DNA from: Cyanophora paradoxa CCMP329
Taxonomy: Eukaryota > Plantae > Glaucophyta
Assembly: GCA_004431415.1 (NCBI GenBank)
Contig: QPMI01000167.1
Location: forward strand, 161,222-225,221
Direction of reading: 5' to 3'
Length of the DNA: 64,000 nt
Positions 47,174-58,628 of the stretch are shown one piece after another. Numbering within the stretch: position 1 is the first letter of the stretch; the number at the start of each line of letters is the position of its first letter. The notes under the pieces are model-generated. The model worked only from the letters and a program-made list of their open reading frames with translations, searched no databases and was not told the DNA's origin. The translations under genes and the position numbers were made by a program.

Positions 47174-49219
47174 TTACTGGCCATGGGCTTCGTTCTCGAA
47201 GACGGCGGCGGCGCCCATGCCGGTGCCGATGCACTGCGGGGCGGTCGGGAGGGGCGAAGGGGGCGGCGGGGCGGCGGGGGCGGGACCATGGAGACGACGC
47301 CGGTGCGGGCGGCGGGGCCGCGGCGCTTGAGCTCGTGGAGGAGGGAGACGACGAGGCGGGAGCCCGTGTTGCCCAGCGGGTGGCCCAGCGCGATGGCGCC
47401 CCCGTTGGGGTTCACCTGCGGGGCGTGAGGCGGGCCGGGGGCCGGGGGCGCGGGGCGGGCGCCTTGGCCTTGTCGAGGGCGAGCTTGTCGACGCAGTAGA
47501 GGGCCTGGCTCGCGAAGGCCTCGTTGATCTCGTACACGTCCACCTCCTGCAACGACGCCAGCCCCGCCTTCGCCACCGCCGCCGGGATCGCGTACGCCGG
47601 CCCGATCCCCTGCCGCGCCCCGCGCCTCGGACCCCGAGCGGCGGGGGCGCGACGCGGGGCGGGGACCATGACGGAGGGGTCGACGCCGACGACGGCGAAG
47701 GAGCGGAGCGAGGCGAGCGGCGCCATCCCGAGCTCCCGCGCCTGCGCGCCCCCGTCCGCCCCCGGGCGCCAGCCGCTCCGCGCCGCCCGCGCACCCGCTT
47801 GCGGGTCATGAGGAGCACGGCAGATGCGCCGTCGGAGACCTGGCTCGCGTTCCCGCTGCCCGGCGCCCGCGGTGGGCGGGGCCGGCGGGGCGCGGGGGGC
47901 GGGCGGGGGCGGGGGCACCGGTGGTGGAGCCGTCCTTGGCGAAGGCGGGCTTGAGCTTGGCGAGCTGCTCGAGGGTGGTGCCGGGGCGGACGCCGTCGTC
48001 CTTGTCGCAGGTGACGGCGACCGACTCCTTGGAGACGGGGTCGTTCACGAACGTCTCCACCGCCACCGTCTCCTCCTTGAAGCGCCCCGCTGCGCCCGCC
48101 TCACGCCCCGGCCCCACAGCCCCGCCCCGCCCCGCCCCGCCCCTCGCGCCGGGGCGCACCGGCGAGGGCCGCGGCGGCGCGGCGGTGCGACTCGGCGGCG
48201 AAGGCGTCCTGCGCCTCCCGGCTGACCCCGAAGCTGCCGCCCCGCGCGTCACGCCCCGCGGCCCCGCGCTCGGGGCGGGGGCGGGGGCGGGGCACCGCTT
48301 GGCGACGTTCTCGGAGGTCTGGCCCATGGTCATGTAGCAGGAGCGGACCGAGCCCTTGAGCGCCGACGGGTTCACCTGCCGCGCCCCTGAGGCGGCGCCC
48401 CGCGGCCGGCCCCCGGGCGGCGCACGCGGACGCCCGAGAAGCTCATGTCGTCGTTCGACATCGACTCGACGCCGCCGGCGATGCCCACCTGCGCCCCGCT
48501 CGCCCCGCCCGCCCCGCCCGGGGCGCGCGGGCGGGCAAGGCGGCGGGCGGCGGGCCTGGTACTGGCCGGAGCGGATGGCGGCGGCGACGTCGGCGATGGC
48601 CTGGAGGCCCGACGAGCAGAGGCGGTTCACGGTCTTGACGGGGACCTGCGCGGCGCTCGCCGGCGGGGCGGGGCGGGGCGCCGGCGGGGCGGGGCGGGGC
48701 GGACGGTCTCGGGGAGGCCGGCGAGCATGGCGGCGACGCGGGCGTTGAGGGCCCCCACGTCGCTCTTCGGCAGCACGCAGCCCACCGCCACGTCCCCCAC
48801 CTGCCGCCCTTAGCGCACCGCCCGCACACCCAGCCCGGACCGGGCCGGCGGGGCACCTCCTTCGGGTCGAGGCCGCGGGCGCGGGCGTCCTCGACAAGGC
48901 GGCGCAGCACGGCCGCCAGCAGGTCGTCCGCGGCCGTGTCCTGCGCCCCCTCAGCGCCCCGCCGGCCCCGCGGCCGGCCCCACGCCGCTCGCCTTGAGGA
49001 GGCCGCGGCGGGCGCGGGTGACGGGGGTGCGGAGGGCGGCGACGACGACGATGTCCTCGCACCCGCGGCTCCCCAGCGCCCCGTACATCCCCGCCCCGCA
49101 GCTCCCCGCCCCGCACCCCGCCTTGCCCGTAGCCCGCCCGCCCCCGCCCCCGCCGGCGCCGAGGCGGCCGAGACGACGCTCACGGGGAGCGGCTCGAGGC
49201 CCGTCAGGGGGCGGTTGGC
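47174..49219 (-). CDS. 3-ketoacyl-CoA thiolase (peroxisomal type); apparently the C-terminal moiety of a fusion with the upstream MFP
   Basis: [91 protein letters not shown]. Confidence 0.93.
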
Positions 49220-52200
49220 CTGCGGGGCAGTGGGCGCGCGGCGGGGCGGGGCGGGGGGGGGAAACGGGGCGGGCGGACGCCGGCGGCGTCGAGGAGGAAG
49301 GGGCTCGGGGCGAAGAGGCGCGAGCCGAAGCGGCGCTCGTACTCGCGCAGCTTCTCCACCACGAACTGCCCCGGCGTCAGCGCCCCGCCGCCCCGGGCGC
49401 GGCGCGCCGCCGACCTTGGCGCCCAGCAGGGAGGCCCACTTGAGGACGCCACCCCTGCGGGGGAGGGTGAGGGCCGGGCGGGGCGCGGGGCGGGGCCGGG
49501 GCCGGGGGTGCGGGCTTGGCCGGGGGGAAGCCCATGCCCATGACGGAGGCGACGTCGATGTCCGAGGGGCGGACGACCATCCCCTCGGCGAGCACCCGGC
49601 ACGCCTCGTTCACCACCGGCAGCAGGCACACCAGCGCCACCTCCTCCCCGCTCAGCTCCGGCGCCTGCCCGCCCCGCCCCGCCTCGGCGCCCCGAGCGGG
49701 GGGCGGGGCTGGAGGGGGCGGGGCGGGCGGGCCTGCGGGGCGGGGTGGCCGGCGTCGCGGCGGGAGCGGTCGAGGATGGGCTCGATGGCGGCGCTGTCCT
49801 CGCTCGCCTGGCGCGCCTCGTGGCGGTAGTAGCCGGCCCCCGTCTTCTCCCCGAGCCGGTTCGAGTCGATCATGTACTTGATCTGCGCGCCGTCGGCCCC
49901 GCGCGCAGCGGCCGGCGGGGCGGGGCGGGGCGGGGTGGGGGGGCCGGGCCTGCGTGGACTCGTAGATGCGGTCGCCGTAGGCGGCCTTGATCATGCCGCC
50001 GACGTGGCCCTGGACGTCGAGCCCGACGAGGTCCCCCATGCGGAAGGGGCCCATCGGCATCCCGAACCGCACCACCGCCCGGTCCACCTCGTACGGGCTC
50101 ATCCCCCGGTCCGCCAGCAGCGCCTGCGCCCCGCTCGGGCCAGCCGGCGGCGGCGGGCCGGCGGGGGGCGAGGCGGGGCGCGGACGGCGGCCATGGGGTA
50201 GGGGAAGAAGATGCGGTTGACGGTGAAGCCGACGCAGTTGCCGACGACGACGGCCGTCTTCCTGCCGGCCGCGTCAGCCCCGCCGGGGCCGCCGGGGGCG
50301 GGGCGGGGCGCGCTTGATCTGGCGGCAGAGGGCGAGGGCGGCGGCGACGGCGTCGGGCCCGCAGGCGGCCGGCCGCACGACCTCCACGAGGGGCATCACG
50401 TGCGCCGGGCTGAAGAAGTGCACGCCCAGCATCCGCCCCTTCGCCTCCGCCCTGCACCCCCGCGTCGGGCCGCGCCCCGCCAGCAGGGCCGGCGGGGCGG
50501 GGGCGGGGCGGACGGCAGCTCGGCGGAGATGGCGTCGATGTCGATTGTGGAGGTGTTGGTCGCTGCGGGGCGTTGGGGGCCGGCGCGCAGGAGGGGGGAC
50601 GGGGGGGTCACCGAGGACGCAGCGCGGGGAGCAGGCGGCGAGGAGGTCGGCGAACACGCGGCGCTTGAGGGGCAGGCTCTCGATGACGGCCTCGATGGCG
50701 ATGTCCACCTCGTCGAAGCCGGCGAGGTCCAGCTGCGGCCGCACCCGCCCCAGCATCGCGTCGTGCTCCTCCTGCGTGATCTTCCGCTGCCGCAGCCGGC
50801 TCCCCAGGTTCGCTGCCCCGCCCCTCAGGTGCGCAGCGCGGGGGCGTGGGACGGGGCGGGGCGAGGGCAGGGGCGGGCCCTGGATGCGTTTCATGCCGGC
50901 GTCGAGGAACTTCTGGTCGACCTCCTTGAGGCGCACCTCGATCCCGTGCATCGCCAGCGCCGTCGCGATCCCTGCGGCGCCCCCTCACGCCCGCCCCGCC
51001 CGCCCCGCCGCAGCCCCCGCCGCACCCGAGCCCATAAGGCCCCCGCCGATGACGCCGGCGGAGCGCACGGGGCGACCCGAGGGGCTCACCCCCGGCACCT
51101 GCGTGGGGCGAGGGGTCGAGGCGGGGCGGGGCCGGGGGGCGGGGCGGGGCCGGGGGGCGGGGCGGGGCGGGCGGGCCTTGGCGGCGGCGCGCTGGGCGAA
51201 GAAGAAGTGGACGAGGGCGCGTGAGACGGGCCCCTTGACGAGCTCGACGAAGAGGTCCGCCTCGCGCCGCAGCCCGGCCACGCCGCCCTTCTCATACCCC
51301 GCCTGCACCGCCTCGATGCACGCCAGCGGCTGCGGCATGCCCCCGGCCCGCTTCGCCGCCTCCTTCCGCGCGAACGAGAAGACCTGCGCCCCGCTCGCCC
51401 CGGGCGAAGGGGGGGGGAGGGGGGGGGGTAGGCGCCGCGCCTGCTTCGCCACGACAGCCATCTCGAGCCGCTCCGAGCTGCAGCCGGGTCAGCGGGCGGT
51501 CGCCCCCGGCTGGGCGGGGCGGGGGCGGGCCTCTCGATCCAGCGGACGCGCTTGCGCTTGCCGTCGGCGAGCTCGAGGGCGACGCGCTTGGCGAGGGGCA
51601 GGAGAGCGGCGGCGTCGGGGGCGACCTCGTCGACGAGGCCGCTCTTCGCCGCCTCCGCCGCCTTCACCATCTCCGACAGCTGCGGCCCCGTCACCCCGCC
51701 CCCGCCCTCCCCGCCCCGCCCCGCGGCCCGCGCACCAGCATCATCGTGAGGCCCTTGCGCAGGCCAACCACGCGCGGCAGCCGTTGGGTCCCTGCGGCGA
51801 GCTCGTCTAACGGCAGAGGGGGGCGGGGCCAGGGCACCGCCGAAGCCCGGGATGAAGCCGAGCTTGAGCTCAGGGAGGCCCATCGTCGCCCTCGCCGTGC
51901 ACACGCGCGCGCTGCACCCCTGCGCCCACGCTTCACGGGCCGGCGCTCGAGCCAGCCCCCCCCGGCCGCGCTTCCCGCGCACCAGCGACAGCTCGAGGCC
52001 GCCCCCGAGGCACATCCCTGCCGCCAGTGAGCGCGGCGCGAGCAATGCCGAGCCCGCACAATCTTACCGTCAATAGCAGATACAGAAGGTTTGGGACCGG
52101 CTGCGTGGCGGGGCTGAGCACTCTAGCGAAAACCGCGCGCGGGGTTTGCACCTTCGACGGCGAGCATAATCTTGCTCCCGTTCTCGATGCCGGCGCGCAT

Positions 52201-52520
52201 CTCGGCCTCTGCGCTCTACTAAGCAAATTTCGCGCGCTTGGTGACCTCGCGGGGGCACCGGATATCTTGCCGTCCTGGAAAGCCTGCATGAACGACACGT
52301 CCGCGCCGCCCGAGAACGTGCCGCCCGCGCCGGTCACCACAATGGCGCGTGCGGTGGAGTCCGCCACAGCGCGATTGAAATTCTCGAAGAGTGCGCGCTG
52401 GACCTCGGCGCTGAGCGCGTTGATCGGCGGGTTGTTGATTGTGACGATGGCGACGCCATCCTCGACGCGGTAGGACACGGGCGCTTGATTCGCAGCCGCA
52501 CCCTGTGGGGATGCGGGCAT
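49220..52520 (-). CDS. Beta-oxidation multifunctional protein (enoyl-CoA hydratase/isomerase + 3-hydroxyacyl-CoA dehydrogenase; MFP2/AIM1-type)
   Basis: DGVAIVTINNPPINALS, FSGGAD, LGGGLELS, GLPELKLGFIPGFGGTQRLPR, GVIGGGLMGSG, EAVIE, TNTSTI, GVHFFSPAHVMPLVE, GNCVGFTVNRIF, FGMPMGPFRMGDLVGLDV, FAPSPFL. Confidence 0.94.
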
Positions 52521-52917
52521 CAGAGCGGCGTGACACACAGCGATCGGCCGCGGATACTGCGCGGATGCGCTGGCGTCTGATCTCACGAACGTTCCCACCA
52601 GCGCGTACGTGGGGGTCGCGCGTACTACCGCAAGCTAGCGGGTATGATGCGTGGATCGGCGCGCACGCGCCGGGAAACCGGCGCCGAGGGGGGCCAGGGA
52701 AGCCGGCGAGCGGCGCGCACCGGGACGACAGTCTTGAGGAGCTGGGCCCCTCTCGCGTGTGCCCTCGCTTCCATTCGCGTCGATCTTCCGGCGGCGGGGC
52801 TCGCGAAATATATAGTGCAGCGAGCGCCGGCTTATATCGATATCGGCCCCCCCCCCCCCCCCCCCCCTCCCCCTCCCGGAGCGGGTACTGTGGCTAGCGG
52901 TTTCCCTCGCCGAGTCG

Positions 52918-54123
52918 ATGGCAGCATTCGCCCAGCCCGCAGCTGCGTTCGATGCAAAGCGCTCTCGGTTTGTCCAGGGCGAGCTCCCGGTTTGTCCGAT
53001 GAGCCCGTGCACGCCGTCTCGAGCGGCGCGCCGTCCCGCTCTCGGCGAGCGGCGCCGTGTCTCGTTCTCAGTTCGCTGCGAGGCTGCGCCGTCGGGCAGC
53101 TCGCTGCCTCGCCGGGCGGCGCTGGTTCGGGCTGGTGCGGTGGCCGCTTGGTCCTGCTTTATGGTAATGGAAGCAGCCTGCAAATCACATTAAAGCTGCC
53201 ATTACTAAAGCAGCCGCGATTCTGCAGCTGCAGAGCTCAGCCGCGCATGCCGCGGATCTGGCGGAGCTCTTGGATACTGTGCGGTCGGCGCGCGCGGCTC
53301 TGGCCTCGACCGACAAACTGATCGAGACCGCGAAATGGGACAGTGTTAGAACGGTGAGCGCGCGTACAGCCGCGTACGCCGTAGCGCTTGAAATTTGGCG
53401 CAGCCTGTGTACTAATACAATTCCGACCGCACGCGCAGGTGATCGCCCGGCAGCCGGTCCTCGGGCTCAAGAAGGTGGGCACCGGGCCACGTCATCGCCC
53501 TCAGCCCTTGACAGTCCGGCAGACCATGCAGGCGGCGGTCGAATTCCTCGAGGGCGACGCGCGCGACGATGCAACTGATGCGCTCTACGAAGCTCTCGAC
53601 GACATCGGCTTCCTCGGTGCGCGGCGCTGTTGACTTCTCGTAACCGCTCTGATTTCATGGGTTTCAGATGATTTCGTCTATACCAGTACGTTATCTATAG
53701 AGAGAGATAGAGATCTAGATCGCGATGAGCCGCGGTGCCCCGCCCCGCCCCCTCCGCCTCCTCTTCCGCTGCACTCGCCGCCTCCTCCTCTGCCCCCGCC
53801 TCCCGGGCCCGTTGAACTCGCATTGGCCTGGAGGCCGCCCAAGGATTCCCGCCCCGCCTTCCCATGGCCAGCCGACAGTCGCCAAGTAGATCTGCGCTTC
53901 TCATCGCGTCGCACTTCTCTCATACTTCCTATTCTGATCCCTTGAAAGATGTTTTCGTGGGCGAGGAGCGCCAGGTGCTGGGGACGAAACTGGATTACAG
54001 CACGCCAATGCGGTACCGGCAGCTCGCACTGGAGGTCCGTTGGTTGGCCCGATCACGCATGAGATGCGCAAGTCAGTAACCAGCGCGCAGCACCTTGATG
54101 CGTTCCTGCAGAGCTTCAATTAG
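52918..54123 (+). CDS. Thylakoid-lumen protein with bipartite (Phe transit + twin-Arg) presequence, PsbQ-like helical protein
   Basis: MAAFAQP...VRCEAA, SLPRRAALVRAGAVAAW..SAACAA (Tat signal, AxA), LIETAKWDSVRT, and last exon LALE|HLDAFLQSFN*. Confidence 0.65.
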
Positions 54124-54395
54124 GAACTGCGTGCATTCAGCTGCTGCGCGACCCGAAATGTCATCTTGAATGACCCCGGCCCGGCCCTCCCATTCGCGCG
54201 TCGGCCCTTGCACTGCAGTCACCCGCGCCCCTACGACCCGCGACCCGCAACCCATAACCGCGTCCATTGAGAGACAGCGGGAAGGGATAGAGGGACGGCG
54301 ACAACGGCCGGAGCTGCGCGAAGCCCGGACTCACGGGAAGCGCGAACGGTGACAACGGGAAGTGTTGACTGTTGGGGAGGCCACGACGGCCGGAG

Positions 54396-57173
54396 CTACG
54401 CGAAGGGGTCATCGCCGAAGCCGGCGTTCGAGGCGGGTGCGGCGGGAGCGGGGCCCGCCTCCCCGTCCGCGAACGGGTCGGCCCCGAACGGGTCCTCCCC
54501 CGCGCCCGCCGGCGGCGGCGTCGGGGCCGTCCGCGGCGACGGCGCCGTCTCCTCCTCCGCCGGCGCCGGGGGCGGAGCCGGCGCGGGCGCCGCCTTCGGC
54601 TCGGCTGGCTTGGAGGCGGCCTTGTCGGGGGTTGCCTTTTTGGGGGCCTGCTGGGGGGAGAGGGGCGGCGTCTTCGCGGCCGGCTCCTTCTTGGCGGCGG
54701 CGGCGGCCGACGCGTGCTTCTCCGCTTCCTCGATTTTCTTGTCCACCTCCCCGCTCACGGCCTCCTGCGCAGGTGTTTGTCGGCGCGGGGGCGCTGCCGG
54801 TGGGCTGCGCGCACGTATTCGGTCTTGCACCAGCCGAAGAACTGGGCGGCGGTGGTGAGGATTTGCTGCATGGAGGCGTTGTCGGCCTGGGCCTTGAGGA
54901 GGCGCTGGTTGTCGCGCTCCGCCATCTTGACGATCTCCTGCACCTCCTCCGTGATCTGCACCCGCGTCACGCGTGCCCCCGCCGCCGGCGCGCGCCCCGA
55001 CGCGGGTGCGGGCCTTCACGAGCGAGCCCTTGCTCTCCTCGACGGCCTTCTCCGCCTTCTCGCGCTCGGCTGCCAGCTGCGCGTAGATGAACTTGAACTG
55101 CTCCAGCGTTGCCTTCTGCTCCGCAATGTCCCGCTCCGCTTGCTCCCGCTCCGCGCTGTTCCGCGACATCTCCTCCTGCGCCTGCGCCCCGTCCGCCCGC
55201 GTCGCGCCCCGCCCCGCGCCCGCCCCGCGCCCGCCCGCGCACCTGCTTGCACTTGATATCGAAGTCGGTGAGCTCCTCGTGCAGCCGCCGCACTTCCTTC
55301 TGGATCTCCTCGGCCTGCGCGGGGTCCGTCGGGGGCGCGGGGTCGGTCGGGGGCGCGGGGCAGGCGCCCGCTCGGGGGCACCTGTCGGCGCGTCTCCTGC
55401 AGCTCCTTGTCGTTCTCTTCCCACCGCTTCTTCATCACCTCCCACTGCGAGGTTGGGCGGTCGGGGGATGGGGGCGGGGCGCGGGGCGGGCCGGGGCGGG
55501 CCTGGCTCTCGAGCATGGTGCGCTGCATGTCAAGGGAGATCTTGCTCTCCCGCACCGCGCTCGACGCGTCCGCCTGCTTCGTCAGCATTGCCTGTCCCGA
55601 CTCCACCTGCACCGAGCCTCTCAGCCGAGCCCGGGCGCCTGGCGGTGTCCCATGCGCGGACCTGGGATTTGAGCTGCGTGAGGTGCGGGTCGCTCTTCGC
55701 GTCTGGCTTCGCCGGCCACTGGAAGTCCAGCGGCGGCGGAATCTAACGCCGCCCTCGCGTCGGCGGGCGCCCATCAGCGAAGGAACACCAGAAGGGGCTC
55801 ACCGACGCAGCACCGGGCGGGCCGCCCATGCTCATCTGCTGCACCGCGCCGGAGAGGTGATCGGCGCCGTGCGGCTGGGCCATGGCCGGACTGCGGGACG
55901 TGAGCGGCGCGAAGACGGGGCGGCAGTCGCAGGGGGGCGCACGCTCCGAAGGCGCCGGGTGCGCCACCGATAACGGGGATGGTCGGGAGTTGAATTGCGG
56001 GCTTCGGGGGCTGCGGCGCGGCCATGCCCATCTGGGGCATGGGCGGGGGCATCTGCATGCCGGGCGCCATGGGCATGCCCATGTACGTCTGCTGGGCCGC
56101 CTTGACAAGGAGGTGCGGCGGCAGAGCAGCCGGCAGCTCGCCGCCCGTCCGCTTGTAGTTAACGAGGTGCATTGCAATGCAGAATTCGTCCTTGTCCAGC
56201 TTTCGGTCCTTGTTCTGATCTGCCAGCACCCTGCGCGCTAGTGAGAGCGCAAGAGGAGAGCGGAGGGCAGCGAAACAAACCAAATCTGAGCGAGGACGTT
56301 CGACGGCAGGTTCGATTTGCCGAAGAACTCTTTCGCCTGCTCGCCCGTCACGAAACCGTCCATGTCAGTGTCCAGCGTTTTGAAGTAGCCCTCGTAGTTC
56401 GCCCGGTCCTGGGGCGTGACAGGGCCTGGCCCGCCGGCAGCACCCTGCAGCATTCATTCTAAGATTGAATTCGACGCGCAGCAGACTGCCGAGAACCGGT
56501 GCGCACCGGGGCCGCGGGCATTCCGGGCATTGAGGGCGCGCCGAAACCGGCCGCGGGTGTCGGTGCGGGGGGCTGGATGCCCTCGAACCTCGGCAAGCTG
56601 GAGCCTGTAACAAGAAAGAGGCAGTTCATGAGAAGCGTGTCACCCAGCTGCTAAGGCAGGGTGCACCGTTCAAGGCGCGCGCCGCTACAGCTGTGAGCGA
56701 CGGGGTGGGCGTTCCCTGCTGAGCGAGAAGGACCAGACGCATCGCGATGTTGAATTCGGCACGCCCGAGCGATGGCTGCCCACCGGAAGCCGCGGCCCAG
56801 ACCTGCGCGAGGAAAAAAACCACCTGCTCAGAACCGAAAACTCAAGCGCCGCGCCTTATTCGCTTTCTGTACCTGCTTGAGAACATCACGGGAGATACCG
56901 GACTTCATCAGGAACTGCGCCTCGGCGCTGCAGCCGCGGAATGTCAGCTGATGGCAGCCACACAAAGCAACGCGACGGGCGCACCCATTGATGCGGCCGT
57001 CGCGGTCCTGGTCAGCCATTTGGAATAGCTGCTCGTAGAACTTGCGCTCCTGCTCAGTCAGCGGCAGGTCGCCTGCGGCCGATGAGGCGAGCCGGGAACG
57101 TGAGCCCGGGCGCGTGGCTCGGCGTTCACGGTGCAGGCGACGCACCTCCGGTCGCAGGCGCATAGGCGCTCAT
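54396..57173 (-). CDS. Eps15-like endocytic adaptor (two EH domains, coiled coil, DPF motifs)
   Basis: LTEQERKFYEQLFQMADQDRDGRING..AEAQFLMKSG; VTPQDRANYEGYFKTLDTDMDGFVTGEQAKEFFGKSNLPSNVLAQIW..DEFCIAMHL; C-terminal DPFGADPF...DDPFA*. Confidence 0.9.
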
Positions 57174-57445
57174 CGGCGCTTGAAAGCCGAACATTGTGCC
57201 TCGTGCGAGCCCGTTTGCGGCACACGCGAACCAAGCTGAAAGCTTGCAATAAACACACGCGACGGGCTCCTGTGGGCCTAGAACTGCAGGCGCCGGCCGG
57301 CGAGCGCCGAGCCTGCTCAGGGGGGTAGCGGAAGGCGTGGTGCCAGAGGGGGTAGGTACAACGAACGGTTCCAAAAAAGTCGCAGACCTCCGAGTCGCAG
57401 AGCAGGCCGCACAAGCAGCAGCGCCACGGTGTCCTCAGAACCGCG

Positions 57446-58560
57446 ATGGCGGATGCGGGCGTGGACTGGGATGCAATAAACGTGCGCGCCCTGTCCGAGC
57501 ATACTAGCTGCGCAGCTGCGCGTGCTAAACGCAAACCTCAAACCTCAAACTTCTCTGCCAGGCCGCAGTTCCAAGGCGTTTCCCAGGAGCGCACCCAGCT
57601 GCGCCGCCGATGTCTGGGAGTATATACTCGCCGATGCCGTTCCGTCCCTGGGGTCTCGATCCGCATGCCGATCGATACCGCTATCCCGAGGTGCTTTCTT
57701 TCGGTCCAGTTCCTCGCGAGCTCTTTCGCTCCTGAACGCTTCTTCCGGTCCAGGGAACGCTGCTCTTGAGGACCTCGGGGGTGAACTATGCCGTGGGAAC
57801 GCTCGAGGATCTGGGCCCCGACCTGGCCAGGTTCAGGCCGAGCTCCGCCTCGAACATCTCGATGGCGAGTCCTCCTCTCGATCTTGCGCGGAACCGGGAG
57901 CTGTAGTAATTTACCGCGTGCGTTGTGCAGGTCACGTACTCAAAGCGGAAGCCTTTCGTTAATTCCTCAGGTGGGGCCGATGGAAGCCCCGAAGCCGTTC
58001 TCGGACAGAGTCCCGCAACGCGCACCCGCCCATCCTCCGCCGCGGCAGGAAGGCCGTCTTCGGCATCGCTAGCTGCAGCTCCGAAAAGTTTGCCGGTACG
58101 GCCGCACTCGGCCGCCATCACGCGGCCGTATCGGGTTGCCCCCGCCATCTGCAAGGTGTGTAGGGGGTCGACCCAGCCTGAAAGGTGTGCCCGATCGTTT
58201 ATTCCGTGCGACAGGACGACTACATTTCAGGTCCCGAGCGAGCTCTGATCAGAAGGCCTATCAAAGCTTGATAGAACGACAGGTTACGGCGGACACCTCC
58301 CGGCGGTTGTCTCCTCGAACGTGTGCGGGCTCGGGAGTGAGCAAGCTGTCTTTCGTTCGCGCAGAAGCCTCAGTGGCTCACGTACCCCCCTCCCCCGCGC
58401 AGATGTTGAGGGACAGGTAACATGCCCGTTCTTTCTTCCCCCCTCCCCCGCTACGTTTCAACGTTGCTCACGAATCCTGGTATCCCAGCACGTTGCGCGG
58501 GCATACACTTACTTGGCGAGGGCGCGCGCGCGCTCTGTAGGGCGCGTGCGGGGCATGTAG
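57446..58560 (+). CDS. Hypothetical multi-exon protein; structure uncertain
   Basis: MADAGVDWDAIN followed by a GT intron, and further spliceable exons (GTLLLRTSGVNYAVGTLEDLGPDLAR; RPSSAAAGRPSSAS). It lies head-to-head with the Eps15-like gene. Confidence 0.35.
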
Positions 58561-58628
58561 CGAAATTCGCAGTGGTTGTGAAATTGAATTCCGATGCAAT
58601 ATCTACATATACGGAGTCCCAGAGGACT

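Noticed and set aside
52686-54155. Gene captured inside a transposon split into two halves
   Set aside because: The right half is the gene's own last exon (HLDAFLQSFN*) and no TIR or TSD is seen. A deleted duplicate at 46.1 kb is simpler.
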